Shown here in pieces: positions 49,180 to 62,656 of a DNA stretch of 64,000 nucleotides. The position numbers were made by a program, and so were the translations under genes. How positions within the stretch are numbered: the stretch's first letter is position 1; each line of letters begins with the position of its first letter. Source of the stretch: Octopus sinensis (lineage: Eukaryota); NCBI RefSeq assembly GCF_006345805.1, contig NC_042997.1:79546001-79610000 (forward strand), in the 5' to 3' direction. The notes beneath the pieces were generated by a model. That model saw only the letters and a list, made by a program, of their open reading frames with translations. It was not told where the DNA came from and searched no databases.

Positions 49180-49803
49180 CCCAAACTGTTAAACCTGCGC
49201 CAGATATGTGTGCTGTGTACAGAGAAGGCCTGCACAGAAATCATTTTTACAATTCAAGGAAAAGAAATTCGACTTTATAGACTCTCCGCGTCCCATCTGA
49301 TCTGTTCAGCTCCATGAGAATCGATTGAACGAGCTCATCCATGAGAATTCGTACCAGTCTACTTGGGAATTGGCCTAGTAAAGGAGATACACTCATTATA
49401 CTGTCGACCGCCACTTCATTCGATGAGTAGGATGCAAACGACCCGACTGGTGTTACGGTGTGCATCTTCAACACTACAGTGCTCGCCCGTATGTCGCTAA
49501 TTTGACCAAAAATGCTATTTAAGAGTTCTGCACCCACTCTGTTCTTCCGATATAGCACCTTCAGTCACTCTCCAACAGGCTACGGGAGACCTTTCGTTCA
49601 ACAACAATGAGGAGTTGAGAACATGGCCCGATGAATTATTCGGTGATTTCTACCGTCAAAACAATGACAAGATCGTGGAATATTGGTAAGAAGTCGTGAA
49701 CAGTGAAGAAGAATATATTATTGACCGATTTGTTAAAATCGTGATGAAAAACAAGGATCTAAAATAAATGAAAAAAACAAACGAATTCACCAGACAACCT
49801 CAC
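49180..49803 (+). mobile_element. Internally deleted mariner relic
   Basis: HTH relic (FKEGNFDL-like) and C-terminal relic (HL..SLSNRL...EVVNSEEEYIID). The right TIR-like sequence ends CAGACAACCTCA. Confidence 0.6.
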
Positions 49804-51294
49804 AACCCAATGTGTGTGTGTGCGCGCGCGTACATAAGCATGTATGCACACACACACACACACACACACGCATAATATATATGTGTAATGCAATAAAAAG
49901 ATCATGTGTAATCGAAGATGATAATCCGAAAACATTCCAAAATGATAATCCAGGAGATCCTGAGTTGGTAATCGAGAACATAATTGGATATAGATAAAAG
50001 CGAGTCTGTCTGTGTGGCTGTGGTTAAGAATATATTCAAATACATAACAAGTGCGTAGACAATGACAAACACAGTAAGAAGTTTGGCACTGAATGAGTGA
50101 AGGAAATATATGTTGGACTTTTAGGACTTATTTGCTCTTGATCGGAAATTCTAAAAAAAAAAAGCACAGTGATATAGAGAGAGGAGGAATAAAGAGAGAA
50201 AATGAGAGAAAAAATGGAAAGGTAATTAGTCCATTTGTGTTTATGTAGATAGGTATGTCTATGGATTTGGTGAGTGTTTATTACTGGCATTTGTGAATGC
50301 GTCAGCGTCAGTAGTGTGTATATGTTTCCTTTTAATTGTGATAGTGCTTGTGTTTAAGTTGTGTCATAAAAAACAGGTGTGAGTATATGGTTGTATGTAT
50401 GTGTTTGGCGTGTTTGCATTTAGCATGTTTGTGTATGTATGTGGGGGGATACTTGTGTCAATATAGATTTTTGTATATGTGTGCATATGGTCGCTTTTGA
50501 GCATGTACGAGTATCTGTGTGATTTTATAGTATGTAAAGCAGGTCAATGTATACGTGAATGTGTTTGATGTGTATTTAGCGCGTGTGTATGTATACGTGT
50601 ATCAACAGCAGATAAGCAAGAACGTGTTATATTTGTTGAATAGTGATGGTATTAATGTACAATGTATGACAAAGGTAGATGTGCATTTATTTATAATTGT
50701 TTATATGCCAGTTGTAAATGTATTTGCGTGTATGAAAGAGAGAGGAGGCAGAGAAAAAAGAGGGAGAGAGAGGTTTTTGGATTGTGGTAGGTTAGCATGG
50801 CAAATTGCGTTTTCTTAAGTGTGAAGTGTGTATATTTGAAAAAGCGATTAGAAACGGAGCGATTGGTAACAAGGTGACAAGGAAGCTGACAGAAGTGCTG
50901 GAAATGGGGGAAGTAAATACAAACGCAGATGGAAGGCGTTGACAAAGGAAATAAAGGGACTTGAGCTATTCAATGATAATATATGTCACCCCGGAAAAGC
51001 CGCATATATGTCGACTTCATGGCTCTGTGGTGTGTCCAATACATTAGGAGAAGATCTGACCTGAACATAATGAACGGAAAGATTGGGGTAGTTTTACTTC
51101 ACAAAGTCACCTCAGTGATCTATCGATCTATCGTAAAGATTGAGAAAGAAATGGGAAACAGGAGAAGTCAACACAGAAAAATAAAGAAACACAGAGACTG
51201 AAACTGCGCTTGCGCGCTGAATTTTGAAATGTTATAACATATAATAATGAGATACGTGTTATTTGTCTCTGAATTATAAGTTAGTTGTTAAGGC

Positions 51295-51365
51295 CGGTTA
51301 CTGATGAGAATTCGCCTAGCAAATTATCTTATTTGCTAAAGAAATTTGAAACCTAGGTATAACCG
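51295..51365 (+). ncRNA. Penelope-type type I hammerhead ribozyme, near intact
   Basis: CGGUUA-CUGAUGA-[GAAUU..UAGCAAAU/AUUUGCUA..AAUUU]-GAAAC-CUAG-GUA|UAACCG; palindromic stem III ACCTAGGT. Confidence 0.8.
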
Positions 51366-51626
51366 CAAAAAATAACAAGGTAAAAGTTTTTATTTTTCAT
51401 TTCCTTCGAAAATTGCTATAAAATGTGGGTTTGGTCGTTTTGGCTGCTTCTTCTAGCGTGTAAAAATGACCTGTTAAAGGGTAGTTTTCTTTTGTGCTTA
51501 AATGTACACTATTTTATATACATACATACATACATACATACATACATACATACATACATACATACATACTCGGTTTCACGGGGAAAGAGCAAACTTAGAA
51601 ATACATATATATATATTATATATATA

Positions 51627-51669
<43 letters not shown>

Positions 51670-51794
51670 CAAATATAAGGATAAAATCTATATAAGAATT
51701 TATCAAGTAGTCAGCGTGAAAAACGAGTTAAGGGAAAAATTTATATAAAATATATAATTAATATATTCCCTTTTAAATACATGTATTATATTAA

Positions 51795-52408
51795 GAGCAT
51801 TACTACACGTAAATGCCTCACGCTATAAAGGACTTTTAAAGTCAAAGCTGCCGTAATAAATATACAGTTTACCGACAGCGAGGGAATGCTACTAGGAAGT
51901 CGTCTCTTAAGAACAGATTCAGCCGCAAATCAGATGATTTCATAGTTAATGTACATAATCCACTTTCTAATCGTCAGTGCAGGCATAATCAGAATAGACA
52001 TACACAAAAAAATGAACAAAATTCACATGCCAGACGAACACCAAATCTATCCAATAAAGCACATAGAAATGCTCACACTTATATAGCCATGTAAAAGACG
52101 GGATTTTCAAATTACTTCTCGGTACACGTGCATGTTCGGAATAATTCAACACTGAATATATGTGCTATGTTGGATACATTTGGTGTTCATCTGGTATGTG
52201 AATTTTGTTCATTTTTATGTGTTCTGGTTATGCCTGCACTGATGATTAGAAAGTGGATTATGTACATTAACTATGAAATCATATGATTTGCGGCTGAATC
52301 TGTTTTAAGAGACGACATCCAAGTTGCATTCCCTCGTTGTCAATACACTGTATATTTATTATGATAGTTTTGACTTATAGCGTGACGCATTTATGTGTAG
52401 TAATGCTC
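51795..52408. mobile_element. Palindromic MITE with TTAA TSD, same family as 32615-32992
   Basis: TTAA|GAGCATTACTAC...GTAGTAATGCTC|TTAA with ~270-bp arms. Confidence 0.85.
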
Positions 52409-52420
52409 TTAATTGCCATA

Positions 52421-52983
52421 TAAATGTGGCGGACCCATGGGGACGATGCTACTGTTGCTTATAGGCCCAAGAAGACATCTTCTCCAGCTGGCTAACGACA
52501 CACTGTCTGTGTCTGATTAGTATTTGCGAAGGGAAATCATTGTTCCCATCAAGCAATAATAAATCTCTGAGCGAGAAGTAAACAGTAGCAGCATGGGATA
52601 AACAACAGTAGCATCGTCCCCTATGGGCCCGCCACATTTAATTGGCAAATATACTTCACGATTCCGTGCTGCTACTGTTTACTTCTCGCTCAGAGATTTG
52701 TTATTGCTTGTTTTCCTTTTTCTTGATCAGCGACAGTTTGTCACTGGAAAAAGCATATAACATTTTGCGTTTGGAATGAGTTCTCACCGCTAGCTGGCGA
52801 TTATTACACACTGATGACGGGTAAATACCCAGAAATATGGTTCTGTGTGTATCACGTAAGGACGATGATTTCCCTTTGCAAATACTGATCAAACACAGAC
52901 AGTGTGTCGTTATCCAGCTGAAGGAGATGTCTTCCTGGGGCTATAAATAAAAGTAGCATTCCCCTACGGGTCCGCCATATTTA
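52421..52983. mobile_element. Rearranged MITE with three terminal-repeat copies and nested inverted blocks
   Basis: TAAATGTGGCGGACCCATGGGGACGATGCTACT at 52421, with reverse complements at 52603-52640 and ~52950-52983. Block 52551-52596 is inverted at 52664-52709. Confidence 0.75.
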
Positions 52984-53107
52984 GATTGCAAAGGGTGTAA
53001 TAACCTATTTATAAAGGTAGAAATTCTAGGTTTTAGTGAAATGTTTTTAAATAACATAGATAAATAAATAAATGGAGTTAAATGCAGGTGTTATTCAAAT
53101 CTTTTTA

Positions 53108-53196
53108 CTTCCGACATATGTTTCGAAGAAAACATTGGTATTATTCCAGAAAGAAAAAAATGATGTAAAACAATGCAATCTTCTCACCAGAGAAAG
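53108..53196 (-). ncRNA. Degenerate Penelope-type hammerhead
   Basis: Minus strand: CUUUCU-CUGGUGA-GAAGA...UCUUC-GAAAC-AUAU-GUC|GGAAG; one core substitution (A6>G). Confidence 0.55.
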
Positions 53197-53439
53197 AAAG
53201 AAATCAAACACATCAATAAGACATTTTAACAGAATGTAATGACTGCGTATATGATGAAAGGAACGCTAGCAATTTTTTTAAAAACACCGTTAATAGATAT
53301 AATGTCAAAGGCAGTGTATAAAAAGAGGAGGAGGAGAAAGAAAGAAATTAGCAGAAAACTAATAGTGGAGAGATATAGAGCGATAGGTGATTAGGAATAA
53401 AGCTTAAAGTCTTGGAAGTAGATATATTTAGAGGAAATA

Positions 53440-53860
53440 TAATTGTCTACCTTGGTAACGCAGTCTAGATTTAATACACATGACGAGGAGGCCAGTGAGA
53501 GACTCTCTAAGGTCTGTGAAACATTGGGGAGGTTGAGGTCTATCAGCGCTGGTGTATGAATGCGAGACCTGAACAACCTACTGCAGACATCTCCAATGTC
53601 CCGAGGGATTTCGCCTGCGATGCTTATATAATATCCTAAAGATCTTATGGCGATCTCATGTACCTGTTACGAGAGTACTGCAGTTGGTGAATATGATGAG
53701 TATCATGTCCATTATAATGAAACACTATGGTCTTGTCATCATGTCCGTTTAGAGGACACCCACATGCCACAACAAGAACTATATGGCAAACTGGAGCAAG
53801 GAAAACATCCCCGGTGCAAGCCATGCAATCATTTCAAAAACAATCTTGTGTGTGTCTGCT
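53440..53860 (+). mobile_element. RTE-clade LINE 3' fragment
   Basis: LWSCHHVRLEDTHMPQQELYGKLEQGKHPRCKP resembles the RTE LRWAGHV.RM...PKQLLYGEL..GKR..GRP motif. Confidence 0.7.
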
Positions 53861-54705
53861 TCTCAAAAGCAAGCCGAAGGCGTGGTCACAGCGGTGTGCC
53901 TGTCTACCTATGTAATATCTGACATGGTTTCTCGTGCACCTTATAAAGCAGAGTGTGTGGTTTGGTTAGACATTCAGATGGTCGGGCCTCTGCTGCTGGG
54001 GTTGACTTGTGGTCGGTGTAGAATGACTTGTAAGTCCCTTGCATGCTTTAGGAGCAATATGAGACGTCTTCAAAAACTTTGAGACGTCTTCAACAATGGA
54101 AAAATTAATTGTGATGTTTGTTAGTGTGAAATGGGTCTAGCAAGTGGTCTAATTATGTGTGTGCGTGCGCGCGCAGGCGTGTGTGTGTATGTGTGTATTA
54201 TATAATTCACTATATCACTGGTGCACGTTCGTTCAGGCAATTAAAAATAACTGCTACAGTCAAGATCTGTAGTCTTGATGGCTTGCATTGAAAATCTTGT
54301 ATCTAAATCAACTGGACGTAGTTAGCAAGCATATCTTCGGTTCCATAAACTCAAAGCTTATACGTGCCGCTGACTTACTACAATGAAATAGTAATACTGC
54401 TGTAATTAAGTCGTTCAGTAGTATAGAAAATGAAGCACTATCGATTCATCTGGTACGGCGAAATTCAAATTATCAATCACAAAAGCCCTTCTCCAGTAAA
54501 TTTTATAATTTGGTGAAATATTTTCTACAATTAGTGACAGATAATAATGACTATTATGCCTCTCTTATTTAATAATGACACCTTTCAGGTTAAAGGAAGT
54601 GAGTGAGAGATGAACACCTTCATTTGTAGTTTCGATGGGCCAAAGTTTACAAATTTTAACTACTTGTACATTTCAGTCATGCTTTAAATAATAAGTTTTT
54701 CAGTA

Positions 54706-54945
54706 TAGAATTGTATGGAGATGACAGGATGGCAGTCATCCGCATAAATTGACACGATGTAAATACATTTAGAAAAACGTTAACAGAAATATAGAAAAAA
54801 TTGAAGTTAAACTTAGTCCTAATTTAAGAATCGTCAACATTTTAGGCAACACACTAGACTCAACTACAGGGAAGCATTACCTTTACAGAAAGTCAAATGA
54901 AGACATATTATATACAAATAACTCTAATAGTCTACGCTAAATCAT
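54706..54945 (+). mobile_element. Penelope-like element RT relic
   Basis: LYGDDRM (cf. YRDDG) and NLRIVNILGNTLDSTTGKHYLYRKSNEDILY (cf. NLKIVNFLDVTLNL.TG..YPYRKPND..LY). Confidence 0.7.
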
Positions 54946-55727
54946 GTAAAAAAAAACACAAGAGCAATGTGAATAGGATATTGAACTGCGACAGCGAAAT
55001 CATTTAGCCCCGCTGCACTCCACTGCAAGTACATAATCAAAGCGAAGACATTTCAAGAAAAAATTGGAAGAAGTGTTAAATGGACCACAGAGTAGTGTAA
55101 TTAGGAAAAGGGAGAATAAGTACACAACGTTCGGATAATTGTCTGGTAGGAGTTGGGGATAATTATTTTACTGAGCACTGAAAGATGAAGTTTAATGAAC
55201 TGAATTCGTTTTTCATGAGAACGGGTCGAATAATTTTTTCCCGAAAGACCTTCAAATGGTTAATTATTTTAAAAACTTGTGCATGATTGTTTACAGCGAA
55301 CTATGCTTTTATAGGTATGTGTCATATTCAGATGGTGCCACATGACCAACCTATTTTATGACAAATTTTATAAGAGGGTTGTAACTCACTGTAGAACCAA
55401 GATCGAGCACAACAGAAAGTGACACGAGACCAGAACGTGAAGCCTAAATAAGTATGACGCGTGTATTGTAAGCTATAAGGCTGTGGCTGCGAAGGGGTTG
55501 TTTTGCGTCATCTAGAAATATGGTTCTTAATAGTTTACTGCATTTATGCGAGACGTGTGAGCATACTTGTGTGCTAAGAGAAAATTAAATTGTATGAATG
55601 TATGTATGTATGTATGTATGTATGTATGTATGTATGTATGTATGTATGTATTATGTATGTGTGTATGTATGTACGTATGTATGAATGAATGCATGGGTGT
55701 ATATAAGTAAATTTGTGTGTATATATG

Positions 55728-55772
<45 letters not shown>

Positions 55773-56554
55773 TCTCTCACACACACATACACACACACAT
55801 ATGTGTGTGTGTATGTATATGTGTGTAATTACATACCTACCAGCACATACACTTATATTTGTGAGTAGATAAATAGATAAATAGCTCGCTAGCTAAATAG
55901 GTAGCAATCTCGTTGGGAAGCTAGATAAAAAAATGGAGACAGACTAAGAAAGGCAGAGAGTGGGAGGGAGGTGGAGAGAGAGAGAAAGAACGGTGAGGCG
56001 ATGTAAGAGGAGAAAACAAGAAAGATCGTAGAAAAATAAGCTATCAATATAGATTATCTAGGGCAGTGTATATTATTATGTATAGTTTCTTCGGACATTC
56101 TGGAGTCTATCTCGAAACACAGATACACAAAAGACACATGAACGGCCGTAAACATAGATAAACACTTGCATACACACATACTCAAAGATAGCGTGTATGA
56201 AAAACAAAAGAAGAAAGCTAATTATCATGTGTATTTAATATATTTTCAATGAGTGTAGATTGATTACCTTAAAGTTAATGATATATTAACGCAATGTTGT
56301 TTTTAAATGTACATGGTGAAGAAAGGATCATTAAAAAATATACATTGCTAATTATAACCTTTAGACTGCAGCAAAACCTGACGAGAAGGTCTTTGTATAC
56401 AAGACGTCCAAAACCTACTACCATCAATAAAAGACACCACGTTTAGTATAAGGTAGTATTCTAAAAGAATAAGCTAGATTATGAAGCAGCGAGCAGCATA
56501 GAGGAAAGTTTAAAAGTAGCAGATTCGCAAAACCGAATACGAATAAGATCATGA

Positions 56555-57200
56555 CATCCATCCATCCATCCATCCATCCATCCATCCATCTTCTCTGGAA
56601 GGGTCTTGGGGATAGAGTCTTCAGATACATCCTCCATAGGGTCATATCAGAAGCAATCGTCATTTGACTTCCTGCTGCGTTCCCAAGCGTGATGAAATGA
56701 GTCTATGGATACCATCTAACCATCTTGATCTTGGTCAACCCCTAAGTTTCCTGCCCGTTGACTCATCTTCAAGAATCCGTCTTGCGATCTTTCTCTGCGA
56801 CATTTTTATCATATGTCCGTAGTACCGAAGCTGTGACCTCTCAATGAGACGTAGCGGCTCGTCTTGGAAAGACACCCTGATCTCTGAGCCACACATTCTA
56901 TCGAATAACCTTACTCCAGAGATTCTTTGCAATCATACTCATTCGATCAGTACCCTACATTTATGGCCGTAGGTGAGGATATGCACAGAAACCGAACTGA
57001 AAATAGTAAGTTTGGCTTTTTAAACCATTCTGTCCTCTTCTGACCCTCTAGCATAATCTCTATCACCCAATATATTTCGCGTATACATTTCTTTACACTC
57101 AGCAAGAAAAAGCATCTGGATCTGCGATCGTCACATTCTGACACCTGTTCCCTTCCGTACCAGTTCCTATTCTCCTTCAACTTTATCTCTACTAAATCTT
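56555..57200 (-). mobile_element. RTE/RTE-X-like LINE 3' fragment with (TGGA)n tail
   Basis: IERSQLRYYGHMIKM...GRKLRG.PRSRWLD; (CATC)n at 56555-56590 lies at the 3' end. Confidence 0.7.
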
Positions 57201-57394
57201 TACTTAAAGAATATCTCTTGATGTTCCGACAAGTGGTTAAAGAAAATTCAAGAAATCCATCTTCAGCAACTTCAAATAGATTCTGTCTTTATTGATGATA
57301 TCACAAACGACATGGTAAGCAACAAAAGTTTAAATAGAGTTGTGAAAATTCATCCCAGTAATTACTAAATACGGAAGACTGGGGAACCGCCATG

Positions 57395-57700
57395 GAGATT
57401 TAGTCCAACAAATCGACCCCTAATCTTTATTATTTTTTGAAGCTTGGTACTTATTCTAATGGGGTCTTTTGTCAGGTAAATCATAAGGACGTAAACAAGC
57501 CAACTCGGTTGTTAAGCGGTGGTAGACGACAAACACACGCGCGATGGGCTTCTTTCCGTTTACGACTACCAAATCTATTTATAAGGCCTTAGTCGGCCCA
57601 GGGCTATAATAGAAGACACTTGTCTAAGTTACCACGTAGTGGGACTGACTCCAAGATCACATGGTCTGGAAGCGAACTGCTTAACCACAGAGCTACGCTT
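57395..57700 (-). mobile_element. SINE family 1 copy
   Basis: Collinear with 25283-25670. Confidence 0.7.
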
Positions 57701-57789
57701 GTACCAAGTAGCTGTTATACAGAAAATTTACTCTAATTTTGCTTATTTTGTCAGAGCTAAAAACCGACAAAATATTGTTAAAAGGATTA

Positions 57790-58924
57790 CAAGGTTCGGC
57801 TGAAAAGTCCATAGGCTGATCAAGTTACTCTCATGGAATGTGACCAAATAAGTTTATTTTTCATCATGGTTCCCCTTGCGATCCACACACTTCTTCCATC
57901 GGTGTCGCAGTGCTTGGATTCCATTGACGAAAACGCTTTCATCTTGCTCGTAAAAAAAAGAGTCCAACAGCAGATATGACGTCATCATCACTGTGATACT
58001 GGTTTTCAGCTGAGTGTTTTTTCATATTGGGGAACAGACGATAGTCAGATGGGTCCAAACCAGGAAAAGAGGGAGAAAAACCACAATCATGCACAAGTGC
58101 CATTGAAAACTAGAGCTTGTGTGCTGAAGTATGGTCTTGGTGAAACAAGACTCCTTTAGTCAATTTCCCAGGGCGTGTGGTCTTGATCGTCTTTCGTAAC
58201 TGCCTTAACAAGTTGGTATTAAACTTTCTATTGATAGTGTGGCCATTTTGAAGTTAGTCAATAAACAAAATGCCTTTTGCATCCCAAAAAACAAGCTATC
58301 ATCTTCCCTGCAGATGAAATGACATTGGCTTTCTTTGGAGCAAGTGAGGAGGGGTGATTCCAGTGCATGAATTGTCTCTTTGTCTCTAGCTGAAAGTGAA
58401 GAAGCCAACGCTCATCCTGCGTCAGGAAATGTTCAAGGAAATCAGTTGGATCTGCGTCAAACAATGATTTTCCCGCGGTGTAGTCAATCTGATGCGCTTT
58501 TGATCAAAGTTTTATGTAAATACGATCAATGTTATCCTCGGTTGTGGCAGTTGCAGGACAACAAGACCTTGGGTCATCTTCAAGAGTCTCCCTTCCCCTC
58601 CTAAATTCAGCTGCCCACTTTTGCACTGCTGATAAAACTGGAGTGTCTTCTTCTAATGTAGCAATTATGTCAACATGAATATCGTTGGAGTTAAACTGTT
58701 TTTCAGTAGGTACTTGGTAACACCAGGATGCCAAATTTTGTCCATTTTCAAGAGAAGTCGCTACTAGTTACATTTGAAGTTTCTTTTGGACAGTCAGCTG
58801 TGAGTATCCCTGGAAAGAAACATTGCAGTTATTTACGAGAGGGGTGAAATTAATGCATGCAAGATCTCACAGCTTTAGCATCACTCCTTGATAGTCATCC
58901 TATTTATTTTTCAGCCTACCTTTG
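57790..58924 (-). mobile_element. Defective mariner (irritans/Himar-like) transposon
   Basis: TA|CAAGGTTCGGCTGAAAA and TTTTCAGCCTACCTTTG|TA. Relics VQKWAAEFRRGRETLEDDPRS and TQDERWLLHFQLETKRQ...SAGKMIA. Confidence 0.85.
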
Positions 58925-59569
58925 TATTTAGAGAGTTATAAAAAGAACTCCCTTACAATGAGCTTTATCTTAATCAATACACAGTGATAAATTGATAAAG
59001 TTACAAAAAGTCAGGTTAAATTACAAACAGTATACAGTATTGAAATACTGAGGATGTCGGTTTTAACTTCTCTTCCCCCACTCTACGGTTGATAAAATCC
59101 GTTCTGCAATCGATTTACTGTTCTAACTAGATGCATGTGACTAGATGTGTGGCCAGTTACTAATGTAAAAATCCTCTATTATGTTCAATACTTTCTAAAA
59201 TGCATGTACAATGAAATTTAAATTTAACAATACATTCCTAATTATTTTCTTAAAATTCTATTGTTTAAATTAACCAGCACGTTTCAACTTTGTAGCGATG
59301 ATTTTCAACTCTGTGTAATTATGCAAAACAGTATTCACGAAGTATTCAACTGGTCTGAAACTTACTTGGTAATTTATCCAGCCACGCAATGTCTTGCTGG
59401 TTATATATTTACTTGCTATTGTTTAAGAAATAATTCATTTTATATTGATTTAATGGACACAAGAGGATTGACAATTACAATATTAAAAAAAAAAAACCTG
59501 AAAGCCGAAGTAAAAAAAAATGCTGACTTTTCATATTGTTAAAAGCCATATTTTGTAGTGTATGAGTTT

Positions 59570-59749
59570 GTGTAAGAGTGGCAGTATGGTAAGAAGCTTG
59601 ATTTTTAACCACATCGTTGTGGGCTGTTCCACCTCGTGGCACTTCGGGCAAGTGACTTCTACTGTAGCCTGGATCCGACCAAAGCTTTAAGTGGATTTAC
59701 CAGACAGAAACTGAAAGAAGCCTGTCATACACATACACACATAAACACA

Positions 59750-59785
<36 letters not shown>

Positions 59786-59885
59786 TATATGTGTGTGTGT
59801 ATGTGTCTTTATGTCTATGTTTTCCCCCAACATTTTTTGACAACCGGTGCTGATGTGTTTACGTTCTCATAACTCAGTGGTTCAG
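59570..59885 (+). mobile_element. SINE family 1 copy
   Basis: GAGTGGCAGTATGGTAAG...CCGACCAAAGC...GAAACTGAAAGAAGCC. Confidence 0.7.
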
Positions 59886-60049
59886 TGGGGGGAACATTTT
59901 TTTTTTCACAACAAATTCTGATACAGTCGGAATCTACGCCATTTGAAGCGTATTTGTAGAGAACTTCATTAAAAATACCTATTTTTCTGAAAGTTACTTG
60001 TTGGGGTAGATACGTGAAGGTACGCTGCAGCTAACTCCACCGGCTGCTG

Positions 60050-60600
60050 TATATCATTGCGCATGCGTTTGAGATGCATATTGCAAATATTGATTCGTGT
60101 GTTAAGTGAATCTCTTTTAATTTATGTGGAACCAAAATATCGAGCTTCTTAACGTTTCCAAGACATTTTAAGTGATTTTCAATTGCTGTGTGTGATACAT
60201 TTAACCTCTCTGCAATCTCTTGCAGTTATATGACAATTATGGCTTTGATTCGGTCATCATAAACTTCAGTAGGTCGACCAGAACGTTGGTCATCTTTGAA
60301 AGAAAAATCTCCCGAACGGAGTTTTTAAAACCATTTCTCACATGTGCGTTCTGTTAAGCAATCAACACCATAAACTTCCAATATCTCTTTGTGAGCCTCA
60401 GCAGCTTTCTTGCCTTTACAGAAATAAAAAAAAAGCAAAATATGGCAAAATGTTCGTTTTTGCACTCTATGTTAAAATTGACACTAAACTAACTGCTGTA
60501 AACAAAATTACGTGCAATTTGCTTCTAAAGTAAGCTAAAGTAACAGCTATTAAACGTCAAAAGGAAAAAAATCATAACTTTGACAAAAGTCTTAAAAACA
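60050..60600 (-). mobile_element. Mariner transposase N-terminal relic
   Basis: Minus strand reads FKDDQRSGRPTEV, LQEIAERLNVSHTAIENHLKCLG and VPHKLKE. Confidence 0.7.
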
Positions 60601-61264
60601 TCGTAACTCTATTTGCGAAAAACGAAATTATTTTCTTGCCAACCTAAACCGCTGCAATATGAAACTTGAGAAACCAACACTTTCATTTATAATAAATATG
60701 CTATATTCTACTTTGTTCTAATTTGGTATTGAGTCCTTTATGTAAGTTTCAGTTTTAGTTCCAAAGACCAAATTTATCAGTACATTCATATAATACAATT
60801 ATTAACATACATAAACACACATAAATACATGGTTATCCATATGCGTGTGAAGATGTATTGTATTTTAAAGTAGATCATTCAGTATGTTGTAGTATCAAAT
60901 AGCACTAAAATATTATGCTTTCATTTAGAAATTATGTTATGTAAGCAATTATAATGTGACTTATAAATTATCCGATCCATGAGGGAAGACACACAAGGGC
61001 GTAGAACCATCCGATCATTCGCACTGAATACTTTAGATGATTTGATAAGGATTTTGAAATTCTTAAGTTACACCAGTAATAAAATGGTAAGTAGTATCAT
61101 TAATACCCTGTACTCTTTCTAGATGTCAACACTTTTACCAGTGAAATATTTTCAACTAAACAATATTAAGCATGAAAATCATAGTTTCATTTGTTTTGAT
61201 TTAATATACTTCAGCCTGTTTCTTTTTCAGGAAAGGGCATCGTCTTTAAACTCAGCTTAGAATA

Positions 61265-61505
61265 TTGGTTTCAAATTTTGGCACAACGCCAACAAAATAA
61301 GTACCCGTAGAGCACTGAGGAATCGATGGAATCGAATTACCACATTCGATTTCATTGATTCCTCAGTGCTCTACGGGTACTTATTTTATCGATCTTGAAA
61401 GGATGAAAGGTATAATTGACTTCGATGGAATTTGAGTGCAGAACGTAAAAACGCATGAAATGCAGCTAAACATTTCGCACGGTGCAGTAACGACTCTGCC
61501 TTGCC
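61265..61505 (-). mobile_element. SINE family 2 copy with foldback duplication of its 3' part
   Basis: Core as at 13075; the inverted repeat is at 61294-61387. Confidence 0.7.
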
Positions 61506-62485
61506 AACTCGGAATATTGCTAGCATTCATTTCATGGCTTTCTGAAACTGAAAAACAAGTCCGATCTGAAAGAGTTGGATTACATAGTAACGGGTTGCAT
61601 TCTATTATTTAAGTTAAATAATAGACAGAATTATTGAATAATAGTAATTCCCACTGTACACACAGGCACGTTTGCACGTATACACATATGCACATATGCA
61701 CAGGCGCTCTTACGCGCGCACACGTGCACACACAACAAACTTCCACCTAAATTTCCGTTCTCGAAATTTTTTCTATTCACCTCAATTCAACAAGGCGACA
61801 GGCTCTGACTGTATCTTACCATCACTCTACTGAGATAAATCCCAATTTATAGAAACATGCTATGATGTGCCCAATCCCATTTCCAAGTACCAGAAATATT
61901 CAGACCATGCCAACTACCAATCTAACCTTTTATATACAACTCATCCTTCCATTATCTTTGCTTCTTGATTCTTGCAAGAAAATATTGATATTTATTACCT
62001 CTATATTTTCTTTCTTCTCAAGTTTCCTTTCTGTGTTAAGCATACAATACATCTTTTCTATATTTATAACTATGTTTCGAACAATTCCGAATCACCAATC
62101 TGAAGTTGTTCTTGTTTGTCTTATTACACAATGACATACTAGAGATTATATCGATACCAGTTTAAAATACCTTTAAAAAAACAATGCTCACAATTTTTGA
62201 TGTCAATAATTAATAAAATTAAAAATTAAATAATTTACTAAAATTAATGATTGAGAAATACACTTATAACAGTTATAATTTATCATTATCGTAAATAATT
62301 AAATACTAGCAAGAAATCTGGAGTAGCGAGAGAGGTATTAAGTCTCAACTGGTGTTTAATTGCTTGAGAAATTAATCCTGATGATTCTGTACAAATTTGT
62401 TATCTGACACGACGTTTCTAGTTTTAGAACAAAAATACAAAAAAATATGAAGACATGTAACAGATTTTTCATTAAAGTTACGTAA

Positions 62486-62519
<34 letters not shown>

Positions 62520-62656
62520 CGTATTCCAAATGAACAGGGTAATGTAATCCGATAGTAGAACAAGTTCCGCGAATTAGGTACTCCAAAGCCAGTTGGAAGG
62601 CCGACCGTCCGTGTGAGCGTGCGGTAAATAGTACCCCCCCCCCCCGCCAAAAAAAA

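Noticed and set aside
56377-56420. Hammerhead at CTGACGA-GAAGGTCTT...AAGACGTCCAAAAC
   Set aside because: GAAA is replaced by CAAAA, and stems I and III cannot be formed.
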